Translations under genes and position numbers: made by a program
Notes under the pieces: model-generated
The model's database searches: none
The model's input: only the letters and a program-made list of their open reading frames with translations
Told to the model about the DNA's origin: nothing
In this document: positions 25,535-37,387 of the stretch, one piece after another
How positions within the stretch are numbered: position 1 is the first letter of the stretch
Layout of the letters: the number at the start of each line of letters is the position of its first letter
From: Azolla caroliniana
Lineage: Eukaryota; Plantae; Polypodiophyta
Assembly (NCBI GenBank): GCA_043228905.1
Contig: JBHGNT010000014.1
Coordinates: forward strand, 3,782,001 to 3,846,000
Direction of reading: 5' to 3'
DNA length: 64,000 nt

Positions 25535-28500
25535 TGTTGAGAGACAAGCTCAACATTGGCCGGATCGGTTGAGCAAGCCGAGGACCGGATCGGTTGGGAC
25601 TGATCGGTTAGGCCGGATCGGTTGGAAACCGGTACGCAGACCGGTGCATAGGAAGGCCGGATCGGTGCGGAAACTGGGAGGCCATCGGAAAGATATTCCG
25701 CAAGGAATATATTTGGGAGTTAGTGTAGGGGCTCCTTAATGAGCATTGAAGTATTGTCAGTACTTCTGTCAGTCAGAAAAGGACTTGTATAAAAGTGTTC
25801 ATTGAACACACACGATATATAGATTGAGTATTATTTTGAATTAAGTTCTTGTGTTTACTCTCTCTCTCTATCTCTCCCATGCGTACTATGCAAACCTAAG
25901 CTTTCCATTAAACTTGCGTTTTCTGTTGTTCGGTTACCTATATTGCTTCCGCACACCATTCTTTTCATGGTATCAGAGCGCGAGGGTTGAGAACCTCTGT
26001 AGTCGACTTTGCTTGAAGGAAAAACCAACGAAGAAGAACAAGAAAACCGATGGACAGAGGAATGACTAGCTCGCTTCCGATGGAGAAGCTCGACAGAACC
26101 AACTACGCATCTTGGTCCTACAAGATGCACCAGTACCTGCTTGGACACGGTTACTGGAGCTATGTCGATGGAGCAAATAACACAACACCCGATTCGACAC
26201 ACAAAGACTTCCCGACGTGGGAATAATCGGCGAGCAAAGTGTTGTATTGCTTCACGTCTTGTGTGGGCGAACAACTATTAAGCTACGTCTGGGATGCAAA
26301 AACGCCGAAGGGTGCATGGGAAAATGTGAAGAAGATCTTCGCAGTGAGCACCACAGCTAGGAAGCTTCAGCTCCGATAAGAGTTGAGCAACCTACGACAA
26401 CGCGATTTGTCGGTGGTTGACTATACCTCGAAGATCAAGGACATATGTGACTCCTTAGCTTCCATCGATGTGAACATCGAGGAAAGCGAGATGGTCCAGG
26501 TCTGTCTCGGGGGTTTGGCGTCAAAGTTCGGAGCGTTCCGAACTGCTGTGTGTACACGGGAGAAAACGCCGTCGTTTTTCGACTTACAGTCGATGCTATT
26601 ATAGAGGAGAACCACGCGGGTGCGTCGACAAGCATGCATGCCGACAACAAGATGTTGTACACGGAGGGAGATAGGCCCCATGGTCGTGGCAAACGAGGTG
26701 AGTCGGTACGCAATGGAGGCGGCCGACGGGATCAAGGAAGAAGGCACCGAAGTGATGCCGACAGCAATTTCGGACCCTCTGGAAACAGGGGGAGTCGAGG
26801 CATGTTAATCCTTAGGGCCGGACAATGGCCTAACACAGGGTGTCTCCGGAAGACACTTCACCAAAGGGGTGTTACGATGAGATAACTTAAGACACAACGA
26901 TTAATAGGACTTAATTGGCTACTTAGCAATAAGGCATTCACTTAATACACACGTAAGATATAACAATTAAGACAGAACGTTAATCAATACATGAAGATAA
27001 AACCAGATGCTCTCCGTTAATGTTTTACATAGGAACCGGGCCTTTATATAGGTCACCGGTGCTGCATACAAAACGGTGCCAACTGGCACCTGTTCGGAAT
27101 CGGTCTGGATCCGGATCGGCATACCGATTCCGGTCCGTCCGTTCACTACATAATTATAATCTACTTTACTTAATTAAATATATTCCGAATAACCATCCCT
27201 TTCACATTCTGGTCTTTGCTCCTTTGCTGGCCGGGTAACAAGGCGACGAGAACCGGCAAGGGAAATCCGCCGTGGAATGCTGGTACTGTGGCAAGAAAGG
27301 TCACAGGGAGAGCGAGTGCTGGAAAAAGTGCGCCAATTCGGAGAGAACCGGGTCCGGAACAGGTTCCGGACAAACCAACAAAGGAAATCGGCAACGATCG
27401 CACTACGCTGAAGGATCCGGAGAAGCCGAAAAAGGGTCAGTCTTCGTGACGAGACACGAAGCAAACTCAATGAAGAAGATCACCCCGAAGTCGGAGGAGG
27501 TGTGGTACGTCGACTCTGACATCAAACCACATGACGTGCCACGAGGAGTGGTTCTCATACCTTAAGAAACCGACGCAACTAGGAGTAGTCGCAACTGGAG
27601 ATGACACTCCGCATCCGATCGCGAATGTCTGTGAAGTACCCTTGAGCCATGTCGGGCAGAAAGGGAAACTTATGAAAGTGTTACATGTCCCGACAATCAC
27701 GAAGAATCTGGTGTCGGTCGGGCAAATCGTCGACTAGGGGATGTAGGTTCGGTTTACACACCTTGGGTGCTTCATTGAGGAAGAAGGCCGTGTTATTGCG
27801 CAAGGGCGCAGAGATGGGAGGATGTTCATCCTCGACTCTACTGACGGTGGCACCGCAATGTTCGCGAAGGGACAAAAAGTCGAGTCGGACATCGACTTAT
27901 GGCACAAACGGATAGGCCACATCAACTACCAGCGGCTTCAGGACCTGCAATCGAAACAAGTGGTGTTCGGATTGCCCAAATTTAGTGGCCGGAAGGTACA
28001 AATTTGTGAAGCTTGCCAGCTTGGGAAGCAACACCGACTTCCCTTCCCCAACGAGCGTAACTGGAGCCGGAACAAGCTCGACTTGATACACTCCGATGTG
28101 TGGGGGCTGACACAAAACGTTAGTCTTGGCGGGAGCCAATATTTCGTCTCCTTCATCGACGACTACACATGACACACGTGGATCTACCTCATTGAGAGGA
28201 AGAGTGAAGTCTTCGACTGTTTCTGGGACCTCAAAGGGTTCGTGGAAACGGAAACAGGAAGAAAGATCAAGTGCCTGCGGTCGGATGGCGGAAAAGAATA
28301 CTTTTTCGGTCAATTCAACGGTTATCTACAACAGATGGGAATTCGGCGCGAATTAAGTTGTAGTTATATACCGGAGCAAAACGGTGTGGCCGAGAGGAAA
28401 AATTGGTCGGTTGTGGAAGCGGCACTGGCAATGCTAAAAGAAAAAAGCTTGTCGATGTTCTATTGGGCCGAGGCGGTAAGGACTGCGGTATACATCCAGA

Positions 28501-30778
28501 ACCGGATCGGAGACAAAGTGTCGGTGCACGAGCTGTATTTCGGAAGGAAGCCGAACTTGCGACACTTACGAGTTTTCGGTAGCATTGCATATGTGCATGT
28601 GCCAAAAGAGAAACAGAGGAAGATGGACGCAAAGGCCGAGAAATGTATCTTGGTCGGCTACTCGGACGAGCAGAAGGGTTATAAGTGTTATAACCCACGC
28701 ACCAAACAAGCGCGCGTGATCCGCGATGTTGTGTTTGACGAGTCTGCGTCCTGGTACTTGCCTTCGACTCCGGACCTCACCTCCAATCCGAGGTCTGACA
28801 ATGAGGTTAGCGAGGCCGAGATGCCTCCGGATGAGCCTGAAATCGGGACCCGCGAAGAGACTCGATCCTAGAACGCGAAGATCACGCAGCAACTGCGTCA
28901 GATGGGCTTTCCAACGTCAAAATCAGACTCTTCCCTGTTCATCCAGAAAGGTCGACTCGGTCTGGTCAGTATTTTACTATATGTTGATGACTTGGTCATC
29001 ACCGGCGCCAACCTAGGTGAAATTCACCGCGTGAAGCTCCAGCTCGCAGCATCATTCGACATGAAGGATCTGGGGGACCTTCATTACTTCCCCGGGATCG
29101 AAGGCATACTGATCAGACAACGTCATTATGCGCTGAATATGCTCTTCAAATTCGGGATGGCAGACTGTAAGTCCGTCTCGACTCCTCTGGATAGAACCGT
29201 CAAGCTTCGCCCCGAGTCCGGAAAGGTATGCGACCCGATGAGGTTCCAACATATTGTCGGCAACCTTATATAGTTGACCATCACCCGACCAAATCTCAGC
29301 TACCCGGTCAGGGTGATTAGTCAGTTCATGGCGCGACCGACCGAGGAACACCTTCAATGCGCAGAACGCGTACTCCGGTACGTCAGTGGCACCAAGGACT
29401 AGGGGCTACTATATCAGTCCAATACAGCCCCAAAGTTGGTCGGCTACACTAATGCCGACTGGGTTGGCAACGTCGCCGATCGCCGATCCACGTCTGGTTT
29501 CGCGTTTTCTCTCGGGAGTGCCGCGATCGCGTGGAGTAGCAAGAAGTAGCCGACAGTTGCGCTGCCGAGCATCGAAGCCGAGTATAGAGGAGCGGCTGTC
29601 GCGACATGCGAAGCCATATGGTTGAAGCGGCTCCTTAAGGATTTGCAAATGGAGGTGTCCGATCCAACGACTATCTACTGTGACAACCTTAGCAGCATCC
29701 AGCTCGCCAAGAACCCCGTTTTCCACGCCCGGACTAAGCCCATTGAGGTGCATTACCATTTCGTCTGTGAGTGTGTTCTCTTCGGTGAAGTCGAACTTCA
29801 GTATGTTCCGACGGATCGGCAGACCGCCGACATCTTCACCAAGCCTCTTGGACTAGACAAGTTGCGGCAATTCTCGGGTGCGCTTGGGTTGCGTCACCTC
29901 GACGTGCCGAACTTGAGGGGGAGAGATGTCCCGAATGACCACGGAAGGGGGAGAGAAGACCACGACGCCGAGTCGGATGACGAATTCGACTTCGGATCGA
30001 CTGAAGAAGCCGAGGGCGGATCCGCAGGAGCAGCCGAAAGAAAGAGCCAAAGCCAACCAAGCATGGGGGAGATGACGCCGTCAAGGGCGAGAAGACAGAA
30101 GACGAGTTGGAGATAGCCAACTCGGACGAGAGCGAAAACCGATCGGAGGTAGCCGAGTTGGTTCGGATGTTCGATTCGGATACACTGAATCAACCGAGGG
30201 CCAAGCGGAAAAGAAGGCAACAGCAGAAGCGCCAACACCGCGACAGCAAGGGAGCTGTGAAGGGCCGTGGGAGCAGACAAGCCGACCGGAAGGGTCGAAG
30301 TGCGCGGAGTCGAACAGGCCGAGGAGAGCGAGCGAGGCGTGGAGCCAGGAGGAACCACATCGGTGATCCGGAAGATCTGGAAGAGCCTCAAGTTGAGCTT
30401 GAGGGGGAGTGTTGAGAGACAAGCTCAACATCGGCTGGATCGGCTGAGCAAGCCGAGGACCGGATTGGTGCGGAAACCAGAAGGCCATCGGAAAGATATT
30501 CCGCAAGGAATATATTTGGGAGTTAGTGTAGGGGCTCCTTAATGAGCATTGAAGTACTGTCAGTACTTCTGTCAGTCAGAAAAGGACTTGTATAAAAGTG
30601 TTCATTGAACACACACAATGTATAGATTGAGTATTATTTTGAATTAAGTTCTTGTGTTTACTCTCTCTCTCTCTCTCTCTCTCTCCCCCGTGCGTACTAT
30701 GCAAACCTAAGCTTTCCATTAAACCTACGTTTTCTGTTGTTTGGTTACCTATATTGCTTCCGCACGGCATTCTTTTCA
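25535..30778 (+). mobile_element. Decayed, internally deleted copia element D, related to B (LTRs 25535-25967 and 30410-30778)
   Basis: TSD agaaa/agaaa. PBS at 25968, PPT gagggggag at 30401. Integrase at 27822-28871 jumps directly to mid-RT near 28870. Confidence 0.9.
26803..27240. mobile_element. Solo LTR of the element J family, inserted in gag of D
   Basis: TGTTA...TAACA termini. TSD aggca/aggcg. Collinear with the LTR at 58771-59189. Confidence 0.85.
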
Positions 30779-30913
30779 AGAAAGCTATATGACCTTCATA
30801 TGAAGGATACGGTAGTGTTGCGTCTCATTTAAATCAGTTTGATGCATTATGTGTTGGGATTTCGGTCCCTCCGGATGGGATGTCCGGAGATGAATGACGG
30901 CAAGCCCGGTTGC

Positions 30914-31131
30914 GGTTACGGAGCCGGATGACGAAGACCCTGGCTACGGAGCCGGATGATGAATACCCCGGCTACGGAGCCGGATGACGAAGACCCTGGC
31001 TACGGTGCCGGATGATGAAGACCCCGGCTACGGAGCCGGATGATGAATACCCCGGCTACGGAGCCGGATGATGAATACCCCGGCTACGGAGCCGGATGCT
31101 GAAGACCCCGGTTACGAAGCCGGATGACGAA
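30914..31131. repeat. 28-bp tandem array (7.8 units) in U3 of E's 5' LTR
   Basis: Unit ggctacggagccggatgatgaatacccc and variants. Confidence 0.95.
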
Positions 31132-31636
31132 TGTACCCGGAGGGAGATCCGGATGCGGGGACATATTTGTGAATATGTTTTGCCAAGAGCCCTTGAGGCT
31201 ATATTTGTAAATAGCCCGAAAGTCATATGTGTATAAATATGACTTAGGGCAAACAATTTGTTGTTGTTGCTCATTTTCTGTTTTCACTTAGAGGGAGCGA
31301 AGTGAGAGTAGCCGCGAGAGAGAGAGAGAGAGAGAAACGAAGAGGTCAACGCCTCTGTGTAATACCGCCGCCTGTGGCGAGGACAGCGAGCTCAAGGTCG
31401 TCGCCTTGCAGCTCGCCATTGTATATTCCAGTGTATAGTGATAGTTGGAGTCGTGCACTCCCGTGGTTTTTCCCGTTTAGGGTTTTCCACGTTATACCCT
31501 GTGTATTCGTCTCTCTGTGTCTTTTTCCCCATTTTCTGCTGCATTGATCCGTGTTGTCTCGGTTGTGGCCGAGAGGCGAAAGATTTGATAGCGTCAAATC
31601 CTTACAAACTGGTATCAGAGCACGGTAACACAGAAA

Positions 31637-34600
31637 ATGGAAGGCGGCGGTAGTGGGCCTCCGGGCATGATGGTGTTGAACTCACAGAACTACGCCGACT
31701 GGAAGATAAAGATGGAAGACCTCCTCATCGTCCGAGACCTGTACGAACCGATCGACAATGCCGAGATACCCAAGGGGGTAATAGAGTCGGAGTGGAAGCT
31801 CCTGAACCGGAAAGCCGTAGCGACGATCCGGCAATATGTAGATGTAAGTGTTCTGCAACATGTGGCGAACGACACCAACGCATATGAGATGTGGAAGAAG
31901 CTGTCGGGCCTCTACGAGAGGAAGAATGCGTTGAACCGGACCTCCCTGATGAGGAAGATAGTGAACCTCAAGTACCGGGACGGCGAGAATATGGTGGAAC
32001 ACGTGAGCACGTTCATGGGATTCGTGAACCAGCTTGCGGCGATCAAGTTCCCGTTGGAGGATGCAATGCAAGCCATCATTCTGATGTGTACATTGCCGGA
32101 AAGCTGGGAGAACTTGGTGGTGACACTCAGCACCTCCTGCACGGAAGATAACTTGTCCCTACAAACGGTAAAGACAAGTATTTTGAACGAAGAAGCGCGT
32201 CGGAGAGATAAAGAACCGGCCTCCGACTCGAAGGCGCTGCTTACCGAATCGGAACGGGGAAGACAATGGAACCGGAGTCCGCAAAGACGGGAGAAGTCGG
32301 GGACCCGGTCGCAGTCAAGAGGAAGGCCCACGTGCTTCCACTGTGGGAAGCCGGGGCACTTCCGGAAGAATTGTTGGCATTACCGAAAGGACAACGGAGC
32401 CGACGACACCGATTCGAAGAAGTCACCGGAGAGAAACGGTGCATACCGGGGAGCCACGGACCGGAGAGGTCCGGATCGGCGAGGGCAGGACCGGAAAGGA
32501 ACGACGGCACTCGCGGCAAGTGAAGAAGAAATCATGCTCATTACCGAAGAGAGGGAGCTGAACCTTGCCGGTGTAGAGATGACCTGGGTGGTTGATTCCG
32601 GAGCGTCGTTCCACCTGACCCCGGAGAAGAAATACTTCTCATCCTACACAACCGGTGAGCACGGCTGTGTCCGGATGGGAAATGAAGGCACATGCCGGAT
32701 TGCCGGCATAGGAGACGTGTGGCTGATGACATCAACCGGATGCAAGATGCTGCTGAAGGATGTGCGACACGTTCCGGAGGTCCGATTGAACTTGATCTCG
32801 GCCGGGAGGCTAGATGATGAAGGCTACACGGGTAGCATCCGGAACGGTGTCATGAAGTTCAGCAAGGGGAGCCTGATAGTGGCTCGGTCCCGGAAGGTCA
32901 ACACACTGTACCTGATGAATTCCCGGCTATGTCCGGAGGAGCTGAACGTGGCAGCCGACACTGCCGGTGAGCTGTGGCACAAGAGACTGTGCCACATGAG
33001 TGAGAAGGGGATGAAGAGGCTTGCAGAAGACAACCTTATTCCGGTGAAGCATGTGCACCTGGAGAAGTGCACCGACTGCCTGGCCGGTAAGCAAAACCGG
33101 ACCTCCTTCCACTCAAGGCCACCGACGAGACGTAGTGTACCATTGGAGTTGGTGCACACTGATGTGTGTCAGGTAGAAACGAAGTCACATGGCGGAGCCC
33201 AATACTTCGTAACATTCATAGATGACCATAGCCGGAAGTTGTGGACGGCACCGTTGAAGACAAAGGACCAAGTATTGTCCGTCTTCAAAGAACTCCACGC
33301 GAGAGTGGAAAGGGAATCCGGCAAGAAGCTGAAAGCGATACGAGCGGATAACGGAGGGGAATACCGGGGGCAGTTCCAGGAGTACTGTCGCTCGAAGGGA
33401 ATCCGGCTCGAGTTTACTGTGCCGAAGACGCCGGAACTGAACGGGCTGGCCGAGAGGATGAACCGGACCATAATGGAGAGGGTCCGGAGTATGCTGGCGC
33501 ATGCGAAATTACCCAAGGGATTTTGGGCTGAGGCAATGTCGACGGCGACGTATGTGATAAATAGATCACCCTCAGTACCTTTGGACGGAGACACGCCGCA
33601 GAAAGTGTGGACCGGTAAGGAAGTGTCCTACCGGCATCTGAAGGTGTTCGGGTGTCTCGCATACGTGCATGTGGCAAAGGACCGGAGAGGAAAGCTAGAT
33701 CCAAAAACCCGGCCATGCATATTCCTCGGTTACGGCGACGACGAGTTCGGCTACCGAGTATGGGACCCGGTCGACAAGAAGATATTCAGGAGTCGGGATA
33801 TCATCTTCGTGGAGAACAAGACACTCGCCGACTGGGAGTCGGAGAAGAAGATGAAGAGCTCCAAGTCGACCGGTGAGGATCAACTCTACGAAGAGCAGTC
33901 CCGACCGGCAAGGGGCCGGTTAGCACTTGAGGATCCGGCCGAAGACGGTGAAGAAACAGAACCGGCCGAGGAAGATGAAACTGATACCGGAACCGGCCCC
34001 GATCCCGAAATGGATTCGGATGAAGAGGAAACGGAGGAGCCGGTTACCGAAGCTCCGGAACGGAGATATCCTCTAAGAGAGAGAAGGGCCCCCCGGAGAT
34101 TTCCGGAACCAGAGCACGTTTTGCTAACCGACGAAGGGGAGCCGGAGAGTTTTGAAGAAGCAAAGCTTGACAACCATAGCCGCAGGTGGTTAAGTGCCAT
34201 GCAGGAGGAGATGGATTCCCTGCATGAGAACCACACATATGAACTTGTGGAGTTGCCAAAAGGAAAGCGGGCACTTCGAAACAAGTGGGTGTTCAAGCTG
34301 AAACCGGGAGATGCCGGAAACCCCCCGAGATACAAAGCCAGGATCGTGGTGAAGGGGTTCCAGCAGAAGAAGGGCGTCGACTTCGACGAGATATTTGCCC
34401 CGGTAGTGAAGATGACCTCCATCCGGACGGTGCTGAGCATAGCGGCAAGCATGGACCTCGAGGTAGAACAGATGGACGTGAAGACGACATTCCTTCACGG
34501 TGACCTCGAAGAAGAGATCTACATGCAGCAACCGGAAGGATTCGAGAAGAAAGGGAAGGAGCACCTGGTATGCCGGTTGAAGAAGAGCCTTTACGGACTG

Positions 34601-35710
34601 AAGCAGGCTCCCCGGCAATGGTACCGGAAGTTCGACTCCTTCATGACCGACGAAGGGTACCACAAAACGCAGTCCGATCACTGCGTGTTTGTGAAGAAGT
34701 TCGAAGGAGGAGACTCTCTAATACTCCTCCTGTACGTGGACGACATGCTGATCGTCGGACGGGACCAGGGCAAGATACGGATGCTGAAGAAAGCACTTCA
34801 CCGAACCTTCTCAATGAAGGACCTGGGTCCGGCGAGGCAAATACTAGGGATGCACATCATCCGAGACCGGAAGAAGAAGCAGTTGTGGCTGTCACAGGAG
34901 AAGTACGTAACAAAGGTGCTTCACCGGTTCAACATGTCGGAAGCAAGACCGGTCGGATCAACTCTCCCGGCAAACTGCAAGTTGTCCAGCAAGCAAAGCC
35001 CCAAGACAAAGGCTGAGAAAGAGGACATGATGAAAGTACCATATGCCTCTGCCATCGGAAGCTTGATGTACGCAATGGTGTGTACAAGACCGGACATAGG
35101 ATACGCAGTCGGAGTGGTGAGCCGGTACATGAGCAATCCCGGCAAAGAGCACTGGAACGCGGTCAAGTGGATACTCCGATACCTGAAGGGCACGACAAAC
35201 GTGTGCCTCCGATTCGGCTCCGGTAAGCCCGAACTCGACGGCTTTACCGATTCGGATATGTCGGCTGATGTAGATACCAGCCGGTCCACATCAGGGTATG
35301 TGATGACGTATGCAGAGGGAGCTGTTTCGTGGCAGTCGAGGCTGCAGAAGACGGTTGCGTTGTCAACCACGGAGGCGGAGTTCATGGCGGCTGTTGAAGC
35401 CGGCAAGGAAATGATATGGATGAAGGACTTCATTAGAGAGCTCGGTATCCGGCAGGAGGAGTACCGACTCTACTGCGACAGTCAGAGTGCCATCCACCTT
35501 GCGAAGAACGCGGCCTATCACTCCCGGACGAAGCACATCCAGCGAAGATATCACTGGATCCGGGAAAGGATAGAAGACCAGGAGTTCGTGCTGACGAAGA
35601 TCCACACGGATGAGAACGGCTCAGATATGCTGACCAAAGTGCTCACACCCGACAAGCTGGAAGCATGCCGGAAGAGGATCGGATTGGAGAGACATCCCAT
35701 GCCGAAGTGA
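31637..35710 (+). CDS. Copia Gag-Pol polyprotein (Tnt1-like), 1357 aa, uninterrupted
   Basis: CFHCGKPGHFRKNC, WVVDSGAS, LWHKRLCH, DNGGE integrase, LYVDD RT and TDSD RNase H, in copia order. Confidence 0.97.
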   Translation: MEGGGSGPPGMMVLNSQNYADWKIKMEDLLIVRDLYEPIDNAEIPKGVIESEWKLLNRKAVATIRQYVDVSVLQHVANDTNAYEMWKKLSGLYERKNALNRTSLMRKIVNLKYRDGENMVEHVSTFMGFVNQLAAIKFPLEDAMQAIILMCTLPESWENLVVTLSTSCTEDNLSLQTVKTSILNEEARRRDKEPASDSKALLTESERGRQWNRSPQRREKSGTRSQSRGRPTCFHCGKPGHFRKNCWHYRKDNGADDTDSKKSPERNGAYRGATDRRGPDRRGQDRKGTTALAASEEEIMLITEERELNLAGVEMTWVVDSGASFHLTPEKKYFSSYTTGEHGCVRMGNEGTCRIAGIGDVWLMTSTGCKMLLKDVRHVPEVRLNLISAGRLDDEGYTGSIRNGVMKFSKGSLIVARSRKVNTLYLMNSRLCPEELNVAADTAGELWHKRLCHMSEKGMKRLAEDNLIPVKHVHLEKCTDCLAGKQNRTSFHSRPPTRRSVPLELVHTDVCQVETKSHGGAQYFVTFIDDHSRKLWTAPLKTKDQVLSVFKELHARVERESGKKLKAIRADNGGEYRGQFQEYCRSKGIRLEFTVPKTPELNGLAERMNRTIMERVRSMLAHAKLPKGFWAEAMSTATYVINRSPSVPLDGDTPQKVWTGKEVSYRHLKVFGCLAYVHVAKDRRGKLDPKTRPCIFLGYGDDEFGYRVWDPVDKKIFRSRDIIFVENKTLADWESEKKMKSSKSTGEDQLYEEQSRPARGRLALEDPAEDGEETEPAEEDETDTGTGPDPEMDSDEEETEEPVTEAPERRYPLRERRAPRRFPEPEHVLLTDEGEPESFEEAKLDNHSRRWLSAMQEEMDSLHENHTYELVELPKGKRALRNKWVFKLKPGDAGNPPRYKARIVVKGFQQKKGVDFDEIFAPVVKMTSIRTVLSIAASMDLEVEQMDVKTTFLHGDLEEEIYMQQPEGFEKKGKEHLVCRLKKSLYGLKQAPRQWYRKFDSFMTDEGYHKTQSDHCVFVKKFEGGDSLILLLYVDDMLIVGRDQGKIRMLKKALHRTFSMKDLGPARQILGMHIIRDRKKKQLWLSQEKYVTKVLHRFNMSEARPVGSTLPANCKLSSKQSPKTKAEKEDMMKVPYASAIGSLMYAMVCTRPDIGYAVGVVSRYMSNPGKEHWNAVKWILRYLKGTTNVCLRFGSGKPELDGFTDSDMSADVDTSRSTSGYVMTYAEGAVSWQSRLQKTVALSTTEAEFMAAVEAGKEMIWMKDFIRELGIRQEEYRLYCDSQSAIHLAKNAAYHSRTKHIQRRYHWIRERIEDQEFVLTKIHTDENGSDMLTKVLTPDKLEACRKRIGLERHPMPK

Positions 35711-35782
35711 AGGGGGAGTTTGTTGGGATTTCGGTCCCTCCGGATGGGATGTCCGGAGATGAATGACGGCAAGCCCGGTTGC

Positions 35783-36000
35783 GGTTACGGAGCCGGATGA
35801 CGAAGACCCTGGCTACGGAGCCGGATGATGAAGACCCCGGCTACGGAGCCGGATGATGAATACCCCGGCTACGGAGCCGGATGACGAAGACCCTGGCTAC
35901 GGTGCCGGATGATGAAGACCCCGGCTACGGAGCCGGATGATGAATACCCCGGCTACGGAGCCGGATGCTGAAGACCCCGGTTACGGAGCCAGATGACGAA
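35783..36000. repeat. 28-bp tandem array (7.8 units) in U3 of E's 3' LTR
   Basis: Same unit, different order of variants. Confidence 0.95.
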
Positions 36001-37387
36001 TGTACCCGGAGGGAGATCCGGATGCGGGGACATATTTGTGAATATGTTTTGCCAAGAGCCCTTGAGGCTATATTTGTAAATAGCCCGAAAGTCATATGTG
36101 TATAAATATGACTTAGGGCAAACAGTTTGTTGTTGTTGCTCATTTTCTGTTTTCACTTAGAGGGAGCGAAGTGAGAGCAGCCGCGAGAGAGAGAGAGAGA
36201 GAGAAACGAAGAGGTCGACGCCTCTGTGTAATACCGCCACCTATGGCGAGGACAGCGAGCTCAAGGTCGTCGCCTTGCAGCTCGCCATTGTATATTCCAG
36301 TGTATAGTGATAGTTGGAGTCGTGCACTCCCGTGGTTTTTCCCGTTTAGGGTTTTCCACGTTATACCCTGTGTATTCGTCTCTCTGTGTCTTTTTCCCCA
36401 TTTTCTGCTGCATTGATCCGTGTTGTCTCGGTTGTGGCCGAGAGGCGAAAGATTTGATAGCGTCAAATCCTTACATTATGGTTGCAGTTGCAAGCTCAAA
36501 AAATGACCATGGATGATGAGCTGAAAGTTGTATTTTTGCTATGCACATTGCCTGCCTCATGGGACACCTTCTACACTGCTGTCAGTAATAGTGCACCAAA
36601 AGGCAAATTGGTGTATACCGATATTTGTGGAGCTCTACTAGGTGAAGAAATCCATAGGAAATCTATGGTTTCCTCACAAGTTGGAGAGGTATATAATGTT
36701 CGAGATTCTGGTTATGGTAAGAACCAGCAACGCGATAGAAGTCATACCAAAAATAGTCATGGAAATCATGATAAGAGAAGAAGTAAGTCTAGGAAGAGAC
36801 TTGTGGAATGCCATTATTGCCACAAGAAGGGTCATATCAAGAAAGATTGTTATTCCTTGAAGAACAAAGAAAAGGAAAAGGGTAAAACTCATGGTGATGG
36901 ATATGTTAAACAATTGACTGGTTCATCATCTTCGGTTGTCAGGAACTCTATTAAGGCAGAGAAGGAATTAGTACTAAAAGAAGGATTAGTACTATTGTTG
37001 GGAAATAGTACTAAGACAGAGAAGGATTAGTACTATGAGAGGTGTCGAACTTTGAGAGAAGGAATGAGTGAGTGGGAGAGAGAGAGAGAGAGAGAGAGAG
37101 AATGATGATGCGAAAGATATATGTATTATATGACGGAAGATATACAACAGTAGTTAGAAGGCTTAAGACTGGCGTTGAACCGATTTGGTTCGAACTAATG
37201 CCTTGCGCCTCCTTTTATAGTGTCTTCAGGAATACTCCTGAAGTTTCTAGAATGTTCCAGAGAAATCTGGAATATACATCAATTTCCCAATAAAACCTAA
37301 ATGAAAATAATATCCTTCAAATTACAATTCATAACCTAATGGTAAAGTCTCGACCCGTGTAACAAAAGGTTATGGGTTCGAGTCTAG

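Larger units (their letters stand above)
30852..36475 (+). mobile_element. Intact young Ty1/copia element E (755-bp LTRs 30852-31606 and 35721-36475)
   Basis: TSD ttatg/ttatg. PBS tggtatcagagc at 31610. PPT gaagggggag before 35721. Near-identical LTRs. Confidence 0.97.

Noticed and set aside
30914-31131. CRISPR-like 28-bp repeats
   Set aside because: Head-to-tail units with no unique spacers, inside an LTR of a eukaryotic genome, and no cas genes.
31682-35772. Antisense and alternate-frame ORFs within element E
   Set aside because: Expected shadows of a GC-rich intact polyprotein ORF.
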